From contig CM120641.1 in assembly GCA_051362555.1 (NCBI GenBank), positions 25,798,401 to 25,862,400 of the forward strand: a stretch of DNA of 64,000 nucleotides, in the 5' to 3' direction. A model generated the notes under the pieces. That model did no database searches. It was not told the origin of the DNA and saw nothing but the letters and a program-made list of their open reading frames with translations. Made by a program: the position numbers and the translations under genes. Positions within the stretch are counted from its first letter, which is position 1. Every line of letters begins with the position of its first letter. Source of the stretch: Lingula anatina. Lineage: Eukaryota; Animalia; Brachiopoda. Of the stretch, positions 11,265 through 24,728 are shown piece by piece.

Positions 11265-14200
11265 TGACATCACAAAACAAAACATACATTTTCACACTAA
11301 ACACATATTACAACATATATGCAACAGACAAACTAGCATACAGTAGTCTCATTGGACATTAACAGCACAAGGGAGTGACAGAATACGTTGCACAAAATAA
11401 CAGAAGTAATAGTATACAATACACATAACACAAACTGATTAACATCGTAACATATAAACAAAACAAACCAGATTATTATCATATATGAGTCACACCGGAT
11501 TCTACATATTACTAACGTACCATTTATACCACAGTCACAATATATATTATTATACCGATTGTCGGGAATAACAAAAAGCATCACTCACATGATCATACAG
11601 AACAAATAAGCGTACAATAGTCTTCACTTAGCTGTGAGCTCAGGTACACATAACAAGTTGCTACACATAACACGAACTGATTAACATATATGGTAACATA
11701 TAAACAAACAAACCAGCTATTATCATATATAAGTCACACCAGATTCTACATATTACTAACGTACCATTTTTACCACAGTCACAACATATGTTATTATGCC
11801 GATTGTCGGGAATAACGGAAAGTATCACTCACTTACATGATCATACAGAACAAATAAGCGTACAATAATCTCCACTCAGCTGTGAACTCAGGTACACATA
11901 ACAAGTTGCTACACATTACATAACCAACATATAACAAGTATCCATGAACAGTCTGGTGCAACACCAAAGACTGACAGTACAGACTATCGAGATGTGAACT
12001 TAGGTACGCAAAGATATTAGACATGCACAATTGGCTATGACTCCAAACAGTAAGAGATTGTCATACATTTACACTCGACACGTATTGTATCATTCTAAGC
12101 AAGTCTAAGTATTAAATTGTGCAAGCAAACGTACATGGCCTTAAGGTGGTCCAAATTCTGTACCGAGTCCAGATATTTTTTAGCAAATTCAACAAAAGAA
12201 ATAAGTAATAATTGTTTGTTTCTGCACCTAAAGCTGTAGATATAGTATTTGATTAACATATTTAGGACATTATACGAATCTTTATTATTTTCATTTTTGT
12301 CAAGAATTCCAAATATAAATGTTTTTTTCTCTAAAGTCATATTCAGCTTGTCTTTGATTACATTTAAAAAGGTTTCAGTTACAGAACAATCCCATAGTAC
12401 ATGAATAATTGTCTCCGTCTCTTTCTCGCACCTTTTACAAAGGGGGGTGTTAACTAAACCAGTTTTTGCAAGATAACTATTTGTCGGTAATATATGTTGA
12501 TTTATTTTATACTGGAACCATTTAAATTTAGGACTGATAGGAAGGTTGAAAGGCAGTTTATTTATTAGAGACCATTCTTTGTCATTAATATCAAACAATT
12601 TATTCCAATTTATTTTGCCCTTTGAAATAGAAGCATTCTTACTAAGAATTTTATAAAAATCTTGGCAGCCCTTCTTACTTTTAAAGAAGATACTTAAATA
12701 CTCTGGGAGTTTAGGGAGCATTACTTCAGATTCGTTTATATCATGCAATTTCAAGTATCGCTTAATAATGCTTACCACCCCTTGATATTCTAGGAAGTTG
12801 GTCTGAATGCCATATCGCTTATTTATTTCTTCTTGTGAAAAAAAGGTAATTGTTTTAGTGTCTTTTATAAAGTCCCTTATTGTAGATATACCTTTATTAA
12901 ACCAGTGCTTATAGTATATTACCTTACTGTCTACTTTTAGGGCTTCGTTATACCAGACAGGGGTGTCCAAAACGGGCTTGTTTTTCCCCCTTAACTTGTC
13001 TTCCTTAACCCTGAGTTCTTTCCATGCAAGTAACACATCCCCCCAGAACCGGTTTCTGCAAACTTTTAGACATTTATTCAAATACTCATTACCACCCACT
13101 GACAAAAGTTCAAAATTTAGATATTTAGCTACGATAATTTGCCATTTTTTCCTTTTTGTATAAATACGTCTAATCCATGTTAATTTTAGTGATGATATCA
13201 GTGAAGGCAAGTGTGTCATTTTGATACCACCTTCATCGTAATTTTTAATAATTATATCCCGCTTAACTTTATCGATCTTTGAGTTCCACAAAAAGTGGAA
13301 GAGGTCACTCTGAAGGTCATTGATAAACCTTTGACTAGGATTCGGTAAGGATATAAACAAGTGATTTAATTGGGAAATTATTAAGGATTTTATAATTATA
13401 CACTTGCCGATGGGGGTGATCATTCTTCTGTTCCATCCATTAAGAATAGACTTAATTTTTACTAATTTCTTATCGAAATTAAGTTTGGGGATTTGAAATA
13501 GATTAACATGAAATTCAATTCCCAAAAGATTAAACTGGTGCTTTCCCCAATCAAGATGCATATGTGGCAAAAATTTTAAATTACTGAACTTCATACGTCC
13601 TATCCATACTATTTTTGTTTTATCTTTGTTTATTTTCAACCCTGATATTTTTGAAAATTTCTCTAATTCAATCATAAGTTCGGATAAAGACTTTTCTGAG
13701 CCATCAAGCATCACAGTCGTATCGTCTGCGTATTGGGTTAATAAAATGGGGGCGTCATCAATAGTGATACTTTTTATATTTTTGTTATTCTTAAGTATTA
13801 TTGAGAGTATTTCTGCGCATAAAATAAACAAATAGGGGGCTATTGGGTCTCCCTGCCTGCAACCTCTTTTAATGTAAAAGGACTCTGAGAGATTGCCTCC
13901 TTGATTTATTGCTGCTTGTGCACCCTTATTAAAAATATTTATCCATTTAATAATACTTTCACCAAAATTAAAAAAAACTAGTACCCTGTCAATAAATTTC
14001 CACGACACAGCGTCAAAGGCCTTTTCGAAATCTAATAGCACTAACATTCCAGGAATATCGTTATCTTCTGTGTATTGCATAATATCGTATACAGTACGGA
14101 TACTTTCCCCGATGTATCTCCCGGATATGAAACCGTCAAGTCTTGGAGTAGGGCGACCGCTTCATGGCGACAAGTATCACTTTCAGCACCAAGTGGACAA

Positions 14201-15835
14201 TCCTGTGCTTGTGTGGAGCATTTTTCCTGAAAGGATTAATTTTTTTTGTCTCTGAACACTTTTAAATAACAAATAAAGCTTTATTTTTTATTCCTCTAAT
14301 CCAGTAATTCATATTTATTAGTAAACCTTTTTATTATACTATCACAAATGCCTACCCACCTTTCTCTGTTCGTTTTGTATGTTGGAGGTCATCGTGCAAC
14401 GCGTGTTGTCTTCTCTTTTCACAGCTCGGTTGACATTCAGGAGTGCAGAAAACCCCTCTGCAAAGAAGCCGTAATGTCTCGTAGCTACATCTGAAATGTG
14501 AATAGTATCAATCACAGTCAATGCAGTTTTCATTCCACAGTCAGATCCATTATTTCAACATGCATAGCAACAGTTAATTGTTTTGGCATAAACTGGAGTA
14601 CGGATTGGACGGTAGAAAAATGGTTGTCAAAACTTACCGTCTTTGTAGCAGTTATCTGTGGCTTTGTAGAAGAACTGGGAATTACAGGCAAGACAAAAGT
14701 AATTTCTGTACATATACGTGTTTTCTGTTAGATGGACAGCATTAGTTGGCCCATGTAGACACATACGTTTTAGAGCATCATATTCTATGTTCAGTAACGC
14801 CCATTCCGCCGATGCTGAAGTATTACTGGTTGGACAAGTGGTAATAAATGACTTGTCAATTTCTGCCCCACAGCGACGCATTGCAGATACATGGTTTGTG
14901 GAGAAGGCGATGAGACAATCCTCCAAACTTAGTACCTCAGTGATAATTTCGTCAGCTGTAGTCAAATTAAGGAAATAAGAAGGGCCGCGCTCTGTGCAAC
15001 CTATTGAAGCGTTCCAGGGCTCATAAAGTGACATGTTGTGGCACTGGGCGCAGAACACGTTCTTGAAAGTCAAATCCTCGTTAGTTGTGTAAACTGGAGT
15101 TACGCGAGCAGCGACATCTGCTGTGAAGTCGTCATCTTTTTCACACTTTTCTCTGATAACGTTATCCGGCCAGTCCTTTGGGCAATTTGTGACAAACCAG
15201 AAATAACTAGTATCATATTGTGGAACCTTCAGAGGGCGTCGAACACAGCTAACGTGATCTAAAGTCAGGTTAGATTCCAGTTTAGCGGTTGTGGGTTTTG
15301 AGTTGCATTGCTGGTTGTACGGCCAACAACAATCGCCGAACAATTCACAGTGAGTGTCGCAAGAACACTGATGTAAGACCGCTATTTCACCCGGCGCTTC
15401 ATCCACTACGAGGCACTCGGGTTCATTGGGAGTTGGGACTGCTACTTTAGACATCATGAATGCTAAATCTGACAAATCTGTGACATTTTCGGAAATCGTC
15501 TCTGTGTCCGTGACATTTAAAGTGCCATTGCTGGATGTCTGTAACTCCGTGACAACAGAGTTCAACAGATGCCTGCCTGTACGCGTGGGATGGGCCAGCT
15601 GCAAATCCCTCGTTATTGCCTTGCGTTGTCGAGTCCTTCTTGCCTGCCAAACATTAAAATGTGGTCCGTTCTTCAGCTCTGTTCGACTCTTTGTATCCTC
15701 TGCATTGACGGATTTGAGCACATTCCGTATCTTGATAAATCTTCCTTTTTTCGGTCGCACATTTTTATCTCCCCCAAACCTTTCTACTGCCATTAACGTA
15801 GAAGAAATAAGTAACACGGCAAGAAATATGCGCAT
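9706..15835 (-). CDS. Somatomedin-B-domain, class-B/adhesion-like 7TM receptor (970 aa reconstructed); this allele is disrupted by a LINE in exon 3
   Basis: Exon 1 15835-14638, exon 2 14490-14360, exon 3 14226-14133 + 11195-9706. Removing the insert and one TSD restores the frame ...AVALLQ-DLTGVQLYID.... Signal peptide; SMB motif CSCDTHCELFGDCC; paired TFKNVFCAQCH / YRNYFCLACN Cys motifs; secretin-type TM region (HFFWLVSFSWL). Confidence 0.85.
11421..11916. repeat. About 245-bp tandem duplication within the LINE 3' UTR
   Basis: 11421-11662 and 11663-11916 align along their length (e.g. GATTCTACATATTACTAACGTACCATTT and ACATGATCATACAGAACAAATAAGCGTACAATA occur in both). Confidence 0.9.
12095..14132 (-). 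CDS. LINE ORF2 fragment: reverse transcriptase plus C-terminal CCHC zinc knuckle (endonuclease lost by 5' truncation)
   Basis: GFISGRYIG, LDFEKAFD, GCRQGDPIAPYLF, QYADD, CKRCEKETETIIHVLWDC; no internal stops over more than 660 codons. Confidence 0.95.
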
Positions 15836-18379
15836 GGTGTCTACTTAACCCTAAACCGTTTTATAGGAATATGAAAAATATTTCTCCTCAACCCTCGTAA
15901 ACGAAGGTATATATGACAAAAACGACTTATGAATCAGACTTTAAATAGGAAACCAATTCCCACGAATACCCAGCGAATCGGGTGAAGGGAAGCTAGACAA
16001 ACCTCATCTAGACCATACAAATGTCATTTGCCTGAGATTACGTACTTCCTGAAAGTATTATTGTTGACTTGTTTTGTACGGCTTTTTTTTTTTTTTTTTT
16101 TTTTGCGAATGTCACATTTGATAAAGACATTGCCTTTAAGGTGTGTGATTATGTCAGTAGCATGGGCAAGAAAGTCGTACACGGTAAATGCTGATAAATT
16201 TTTATGAGGCATTGAAAAAGGTGATCGCACACAAGTGAGCCAAAAGCCAAATGATCGCTCCATCATTGCTGCAAACTATGTATCTGGTCGTCGATTCGTC
16301 TACTTTAGCTATACTGAAAAGATACCATAAATTTAACTACCATTCGACCAGTGATCATGATGATTGTTTGTTCACTTTGGGCATTGTAAATACACTTATG
16401 CTCGTGCATTTTCAATGGACAAAAATGCACGTGTGTTTTCGTGAACTTTGAAATAATTGCACTCACGATTTGTTAAGAATTGTTATTTAAAGAAATGTAT
16501 ATTTACTGCTGGTAAAACATACGACGGCAATTTTGCAATCAACCTAATCAGCTGGCAGTGACCATTATCCCCCCAACTCATAGCTCTTACTTTATTCTCC
16601 TGGTGAAAAAAAAGTACTTTTTGTATAACTTACCACAAAGGACAAAGCTAGATCCCTAGATCACGTAATATGGCGGGCCCTGGTTTGTGATATCATCCGG
16701 TGGCGGTTATTATCCTATGCCTTTCAGTCACTTTTGATTTCTTGGTCGGTATCCGTAAGTTGGTTTCTGACACCATCGGTTAGCTATTGTTTTCCCGTGA
16801 TCTTTACCTAAATGTCATCTTTGATTTCTTCGTCAGGATGAAGGGTGGTGTTTACGTAAGTTGGCTCCTTGCAGCGTCTGGTCGCAGATATTATTTTCAT
16901 TTTATTATCGTTATTATAACTGTGACTTGTTCGTCACTTATCACAAGTATATATAGCGAGTGGTTTATACGTCAGACTATGTCTCGTTAACTCAGCAAGT
17001 TCGTCTTTTTCTGTAATAAATGTTCCCCATTTTATTTTCGTGAAGTTTTTAATGACATAGACTGGTTTTCTTGGCGACAGCGCATTAGTTCGCCTGCCCA
17101 CTCACGAAGAATTTAGACGCGTATTCGGCCTTCTTGTTGACACGCTTATGTATAGCAGGCCTTAGATAGTCACCCTGCTGGTACATGTATCTCCCTGAAT
17201 ATTTCCCTATGGTGTGTGTATATGTGCGTATATGCTGTTTAAATGAATGTCATTATAAAATGCATTTAATACAAGTAAATAAAGGTATGGAAAAAAAGCG
17301 CTTTAAGTGCTCTTTCATTCAGTTTTCACCACCCGTCCCAATCATAAAAAGTTCTACAGACTGCTGTTGCTATATAGCGTTTTACTCGGGGAGTGAACGC
17401 ACCGTGTCGCCTTCCCCTTGACCCAACTGGACAGTTTTTACAGTCACACTCCCGCTGCTTACAGGTGCTCCTGGAACTGACTAACCGTATATTTTAAAAG
17501 ATCATTATTTTCTCTATTTCCGTTTGGTTTTACATGTGTGTTGTCCATTCTTTTATCAAAGAAGGCAGAAGTGTAGTTTTTATATCGTTTTCATGGTCAG
17601 CTCTTATGGGGGGTGAGGAGAGGAATGTTTTGCAAAGAATAGTAAGCTTAAATCATAAATACAGAATTGATTGAATTCGCTGTCAACAAACGAGCAAATC
17701 TCTGCGAGGATTAAAGATATAGAGCCTCTTGTTGCATAACTAGACATTGCGTGACTTCAGTCTAAAGGTTTCCGATCATTTCCTGTTTTTACAGAAACAT
17801 AGAGTAGCGGTTCCTGGGGATTGCAGGGAAAGCATCTCAATAAAGTTATCGGATTGATACCAAGCAATCATTAACGCCTGGTCTTCTAATTACATTTACG
17901 CACTGTATTTAGCTGAAGGTGGATATTTTTTATCTTCATGACACACATTCAACAATATATTTCTTTGATTGTGCCTTTTTGTTTCGCGTTTTGTCGAATA
18001 AGATTCAATGTAATGCGCTTATTTCCTGTAATTTGTTTTGTTGAGAAATCGCTTAAAAAGTGGCTGTTTGTTGATACTGTACTATAGGTGCCTGCATTAT
18101 ATCCGCATACTTGTCCCTTGAACGTTGGTTAATACACCTTGTTAGCCTTTAGGCCTAATGATTGTAAACTGAATCTACACTAGATAGCGGACGTGTGTAT
18201 CCGGGATGAAAACGGTTTACTTAATTAGGATAGGTACTCAGGGCCGTGATTCAACCCACTAGATATCCGGGTTGGTTTGATGGCTTGCATTTAACTGTTT
18301 GGCCTAGTAATCCAAACTATTAACACGCTGACAGCAAGCACAAGTCGGAGTGAAGGCGGATTCTCAAAAACACACAATA

Positions 18380-19911
18380 ATGGTTGTCTGCGATTTACGT
18401 TGTGCGTTTTACCTTTTATTTCTACTATACGCTGTGGGTCGAGGGCAGGATGATGAAAACCCCAATGGGCCGCTTTTGCCTTCAATCTGCTCGACGCAAG
18501 CATTTGAAGACCGAGATAAATGTGCAAGTGCAACAAGAACTTTGTCCGCGGAGCTTCAAAGTTTATCACGGGCCTTGAAGACATGGAAGAGAAAGAATGA
18601 TCTGTTGTTTCAGAGCCTGGAAGCAAAGCTGACAGAACTCAAAGCTACTCTCGGTGCAATAATGGATCAAGACTTGACCACGCCCTCGACCACGCCTTCT
18701 ACCACGCCCTCGACCACCACACCATCTCCTCCAGCACCATTGGCAGGTTGGTCCATGTTTCATTTGTAGTTGTAGTTGATCGTGTGTAATGAATGGGGAC
18801 AGAATTATCTTTAAGTTGTTAAGTTTACATAACAGAAGTAATAAGTAATCTCAATTAAAAATGGGATAATAGTGGTCAAATGAAGCGGAGGATAGAACAG
18901 TCTAACTTTTATTAACGTGTGACTCACTAGCTTGTAAAAAATACTACAGGGGCGTGGTAAGAATATAGTAATGGTGTTTCACATCCTGTTTTGTCTAAAG
19001 AACAATCCAATACCAACAATCCTCGCCAATCTCCTCGATATATTTTAATATAATTAAAATTGTTACATTACACATGTACAAGGGCTTAATTGCGTCCAAC
19101 ATGTATGTCTGAATATAGATGTTAGATATTTATGCCAACTTTTGAATTATAATTTGACATTTTTAAAATGTCTTGATAAAGGATCGTTTTTTCTTCTTCT
19201 TTTCAAATTTCAGACTGCACTGCGTACATGTTGTCTGGTGCCCGCGAAAGTGGAGTGTACAAGCTGCTGCCCCCTGGCGCCGCTAAACCTTTCGATGCTT
19301 TCTGCGAGATGACCGATAGCGGCGTTTACACCGTGATGCAAAGACGAATCAACGGCGAAGTGGACTTCTACAGAGACTGGGCATCTTATAGAAGTGGCTT
19401 CGGTGACCTGACCGGGGAGCATTGGCTCGGACTCGAGGCTATTCACTCCCTCACATCTAACCCCCAGGGTCTCCGCTATGAGTTGGTAGTGGACATATGG
19501 GATTGGAGAGGGAATCATGGCGTTCTTCGAGCTCCCAATTTCACTGTAGGGGACAGCTCTACTAACTACAAATTAGATGTTCCCACCGACTATTATGCCT
19601 ATCCCAGAAATCCCGGGCTTGGGGGTGGGGCGTCTGGGTTTCGAATTCACCGGGGTCCTTTTAACACTTTCGACCATGGCCCTTTTCAAAATTGTGCGGT
19701 GAAGCTTCACTGCGGTTGGTGGTTTATCAACGGCGGTTGCTTCTCTAACGCCAATTTCAACGGTCGTTATTATAATGGCGGTTACAACGCATCGCGCCAG
19801 GAACCGAGGGACGGTCTGTTCTTTCCTAATGTTAACCAGTCTCTGAAGAAAATAACAATGAAATTACGAAGAATGTCCATTTCTGACCCAGATTCACAGC
19901 GTTCGGCTTGA
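18380..19911 (+). CDS. Fibrinogen-related protein (signal peptide, coiled coil, Thr/Pro/Ser linker, C-terminal FReD domain), 354 aa
   Basis: Exons 18380-18746 and 19214-19911 (phase 1, giving DCTAY). FReD motifs FCEMT, TVMQRRINGEVDFYRDWASYRSGFGDLTGEHWLGLE, GWWF..C..NFNG; (TTPS)n linker. Confidence 0.92.
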
Positions 19912-21392
19912 TGAATAGTGATACATGTATGATTGACATTATTTGGATTTTGGGGGAGATAACTGATTCTGTTTGTAAATTATGGAATAGTAATTATAAA
20001 TGGATTTCATTTTCTTTTTGAAAAAAGAAGAAAAAATCCTACGACATGCAATAAAAATGTGTGCATAAAAGTCATTTCGGTTTTTGCAATTTTCTCACTC
20101 GTGAACATATATCAATTATATTTCAACCAGATCTAACAAAATGAGTGCAATAGAACTTTTTTCAGCAATTCTTATAGAATTCTCATGAAGATATAGTTTA
20201 TTGATGAAAGTGTGCACAAAAGTGTTTTGTTAAAATTATGGGTCAGTGGTAACTCCTTCCTTCCGAATATTGGTTTCAAATCAATTATCAATATGTTGTT
20301 AGAATGTACTATATGTAGATTGGACACATTTTCCAAACCAGAATAGCAGTTAAATCTATCGACGCAATGGGATTTTTTTTTCTCTAAAGAAGATGATGTA
20401 GACTTTATGATTATTGCCATTTGCAAAGAATGTACGTATAATTTTGAGAAATAACAGCACCCCGCGTTGTTGTAGAGTTTGCGCATAAAGAGCTGACGTG
20501 AACGCTGTCAAATGATGTACAGCTACTACGTTATTATATACCGCAAGTGACAATGGCGTGTGCAACAGTGTATCTGCGAAATTACAAGATTGGATGAAGC
20601 TGTTAACAAGATAGTGTTACGTTGTTTTTAATGGAGTGTTATTTTTGGTAATTAATAAAATGATCCTTCAGTATTCTGCATGCTCATCACTTTACCTGTA
20701 TACTCTTAGATCTGGGTAATTTTTTTTAAGTTTTGTGCATGCAGACATGGGAATTAAGATAGGGCGTGCTTAATTACATGTGGCACAACCGCGATTCATT
20801 GGTCCAATTCACATCACTCAAAAATCGAAACACTCAATCATATCCTTTTAAAATAATAATAATAATAATATAGAGATCAATACCCATCATATTTTAAATT
20901 AAAAGCACATTTACGTCCAATTTATCTTTTTACATCTTAATATTTTTAATTTCAACCGTATAGAAGTGAACGAGGCAAAAGCCCTGACCAGATGATTGTT
21001 TGAATGGTATACCTCAAAGCAAAGGAAATCGATGGTGATTTCCCACCCATCACCAACTTGCTATTCTCGATGTGCAATGATTACTTTATGTACATCTTTG
21101 TGTTATGACAAATATGAGGTATTACCAAGTCCCCCAATTTTACACTTTTGTCATTAATTTGCCATCATGCTCGACAACAGTAACGGTTTATCAAGGTGCA
21201 AGCGGATAATACAAATGCATGTAAAGACAATTTTTCCTTCGTTTCAAAAGTAGCCAACACTGGCATAATAGAACAGTGGTGAAATGAAGTAATGCTGGAG
21301 AAGTCTTTCTTCAAAAGATGATATCTGTAATGAAAATTTTCCAATTTAATACTCTCTCTCTCTCTCTCTCTTTCTCTCAGCAACCACTTTTT

Positions 21393-24233
21393 ATGTACAG
21401 ACACAGATGTGTCTGTACATATTGCCATCACCTGCGTCTGTCGTCGCCGTCGCCGTCGCCGATGCCGATGCCGATGCCGATGCCGATGCCGTCGCCGTGC
21501 ACTTTCCTTGTAAACACGATAAGTGGAAGGCAGTTTTACTTTTTGGCTTTATATTTACAGAGCTGATGAATATTCATAAAACGCAGGTCAAGTTCGAAAA
21601 TCAGCATGATCGGGCCATTATTGTAGAAGTTATGCTGTTTTTTCACTTTTCAGGATATATGCAACCTTGTAAACACATTTTAAGGAAAACCGTTAGGCCT
21701 GTTGTCATGACACTCACAGGAATAATTAATCTTACTAAAACGCAGGTCAAGTTCGAAAATCAGCATGATCGGGCTACTATTTTAGTAGTTATGCGGTTTT
21801 TTCATTGTTCAGCATATATGCAACACTGTAAACACAATATAAGAAAAACAGTAAGCCCAATTGTCATTAAACTCACAGGAATGGTCAGTCTTACTAGAAC
21901 GCAGGTTGAGTTCGAAAATCAGCATAATCGGGGCATTATTTTAGAAGTTATGCTGTTTTTTCACATTTCCTCAGATTTCCTCAGATTTAATTCTTAGGCA
22001 TGTTAATAGCCTTATTATTTAAGAAATAAGATACGTAAAAGTGTTTGTTTGACATTTCCTGCATCTTTACAACATTGTTAGTTGATTATGTAAAAAAGAT
22101 GGTAAACTTGTTATCGTGTATTGTGTAATAAAGTGTCAAAAATGGAAATAAACTCATATCATTGCAGTTTGTCAGATTCAATCATTCACTATGTTCAGAA
22201 TCTCAGAATGGAAGAAATTGGACATTTAACACTGTTCTATTGATATTTTTCACATCTCATCAATTTTCTTAGTTGATCTTATAAAAATGGCAGTAACCTA
22301 TTAATTTTGTTTTATGTTAAAAAAGTGTTAAAAATGGAAATAAACCCATTTCAGAACAGTGCAGTCTTGTTTACATTTTGGCATTTTGAAGGTGTGACTT
22401 TGAAGTTCCATCGGCCTAAAAACCTTTGTTAGTCACGTTTACTATTTGTCCATGATACTAATATTTTATTATTAAAAATTGATGATCATTATGCTGTTAA
22501 ACATTATGTAATATTGCATCAAAATTTGAAAACCCATTTTGGGCACTGCTCCCATGATGACCATTTAAGAAAAACCATGTCACTTACTGTTCTCAAACAG
22601 TACAGTTAATAGGTACAGATGTGTCTGTCCATTTTGCCATCACCTGTGTCTGTCGTCGTCGTCGTTGCCATCACTGTCGCTGTCGCCGGCGCCATGCACT
22701 TTCATTGTAAACACGATAAGTGGAAGGCAGTTTTACTTTTTGGCTGTATATTTACAGAGCTGATGAATATTCATAAAATGCAGGTCAAGTTCGAAAATCG
22801 GCATGATCGGGCCACTATTTTAGTAGTTATGCTTTTTTTTCACTTTTCAGCATATATGCAACACTGTAAACACAATATAAGAAAAACAGATAGGCCAATT
22901 GTCATTAAACTCACAGGAGTGGTCATTCCTGCTAAAACGCAGGTTGAGTTCAAAAATCAGCATAATCGGGCCATTATTTTAAAGAAATGCAGTTTTTTCA
23001 CATTTCCTCAGATTTAATTCTTAGGCATGTAAACAGTTTCATTATTGAACTAATAAGATACGTAAAAGTGTTTGTTTGGCATTTCCTGCAATTTTACAAC
23101 ATTATTAGTTGATTATGTAAAAATGATGGTAAACTTGTTATCGTGTATTGTGTAATAAAGTTTCAAAAATGGAAATAAACTCATATCATTGCAGTTTGTC
23201 AGATTCAATCATTCACTATGTTCAGAATCTCAGAATGGAAGAGATTGGACATTTAACACTTCTCTGTTGATATTTTTCCCATCTCATCAATTTTCTTAGT
23301 TTATCATATAAAAACAGCAGAAAACTGATAATTTTGTTTTATGTTAAAAATTGTTAAAAATGGAAAAAAAAAAACATTTCAGAACAGTGCTGTCTTGTTT
23401 ACATTTTGGCATTTTCAAGTTGTGACTTTGAAGTTCCATGGGCCTGAAGACCTTTGCTAGTCACATTTTCTGAATATCCATAATACTAATATTTTATTAT
23501 TAAAGTTGATGGTCATTATGCTGTTAAACATTATGTAATATTGCATCAAAATTTGAAAAAAAAAAACTATTTTGGGCACTGCTCCCATGATGACCATTTA
23601 AGAAAAACCATGTCATTTACTGTTCTCAAACTTACAGGAAAGAAACATGGGACTAAAATACAGCTTCAGTAGGAAATACAGTCTGTTTGGTAATTCTTGC
23701 TGCCAGTTAAACAGTTATTTTGTGAAAATTTAATTTTTCACATATTGGCATTTTCAAGGTGTGACTTTGAAGTTCCACGGGCTTGAAGACCCATGCTAGT
23801 CACATTTTCTGAAAATCCATGATACGTATATTTTATTATTAAAATTGAGTTATTATGCTGTTAACCATTATGTAATATTGCATCAGAATAGAAGAAAACA
23901 CAATTTTGGGTGCTGCTGCCATGATGACCATTATGGGAAAACCATGTTACTTATGATTGCCAAACTTTCAAAAAAGAAATAAAGGACTAAAATGCAGTCT
24001 GAGTTGGAAAAGCAGTCTAAGGAACTTCTTTTTCTGGAAGTTATACATTTTCAAAGTGTAAACTTGTCACATATTTTAATTACATTGGTATTACCTGTTG
24101 AGGATAATTAAAATTTGATGTTGAATTTGCAGTTTAACATAATGTATTTTTGCATCAGAATTGACAGTAGCCTATTTTGTGCATAGTTATTTCCTGTTTT
24201 TTGTCTGTACATTTGACAGCTTTGCTGCCTTGT
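21393..24233 (+). mobile_element. Helentron-associated non-autonomous element (HINE-like) with internal tandem repeats
   Basis: 5' hairpin ATGTACAGACACA-GA-TGTGTCTGTACAT (21393-21420) after a T-run; (GTC/GCC)n microsatellite; about 160-bp subrepeats; about 1.2-kb internal duplication (second copy from about 22612); 3' sub-TIR TGTCTGTACAT (24202) plus short hairpin GACAGC-TTT-GCTGCC. Confidence 0.7.
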
Positions 24234-24728
24234 TATGATGGTAATTATTGAGACCGAAAATGTAACTAATGAAATATAAATGCTATATTTCTTTAATCAT
24301 GTTATAATAAATTGTTAAGTTATTTAATGATATTATCATTTTAATAATTTTTATAATGAAGTCTCAAGTTATCACGTGCTCCTCTCTGAAGTTAACATTA
24401 ATAAACCATTAGATCCACCCCTGTCCTGTTTCCACGTGTCAGAGCGTAAAAGGTACATTAAGAAATAATTGGTGTCCTCACTTATCTATCCGAGGGGCCG
24501 TAAGTGTGCATTTGTATCCACAAATGTGACACCAAGCAAATTATCGGTGTCTGACGCCATCTACAAATACTTTAACGGACACGCTTACTGATCACGACTA
24601 ATTCCCAAAGGTTTCCTTGTGAAAATATCTGTATGAGCACCATACAAGGTGCTGCCGACACGCGCATATCTGTCCTTGCTTAACGATATACTGGTACAGA
24701 CATTTGTGTAGGAGATTCGGGACAAAAA

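Larger units (their letters stand above)
11208..14132 (-). mobile_element. 5'-truncated L1/Tx1-clade non-LTR retrotransposon, recent insertion
   Basis: TSD CCGTCAAGTCTT at 11196-11207 and 14133-14144; poly(A) of about 55 nt (T-run 11206-11262); about 830-nt 3' UTR; uninterrupted RT ORF. Confidence 0.95.

Noticed and set aside
11196-11304. Poly-lysine N-terminus of the 532-aa ORF
   Set aside because: It is the translated LINE poly(A) tail; the true upstream sequence is at 14226-14133.
14070-14144. In-frame receptor-reverse transcriptase fusion protein
   Set aside because: The host frame is shifted relative to ORF2 and stops at 14043-14041.
21407-23017. 196-aa and 132-aa repetitive ORFs
   Set aside because: They lie in the subrepeats of the Helentron-like element; no domain or splice support.
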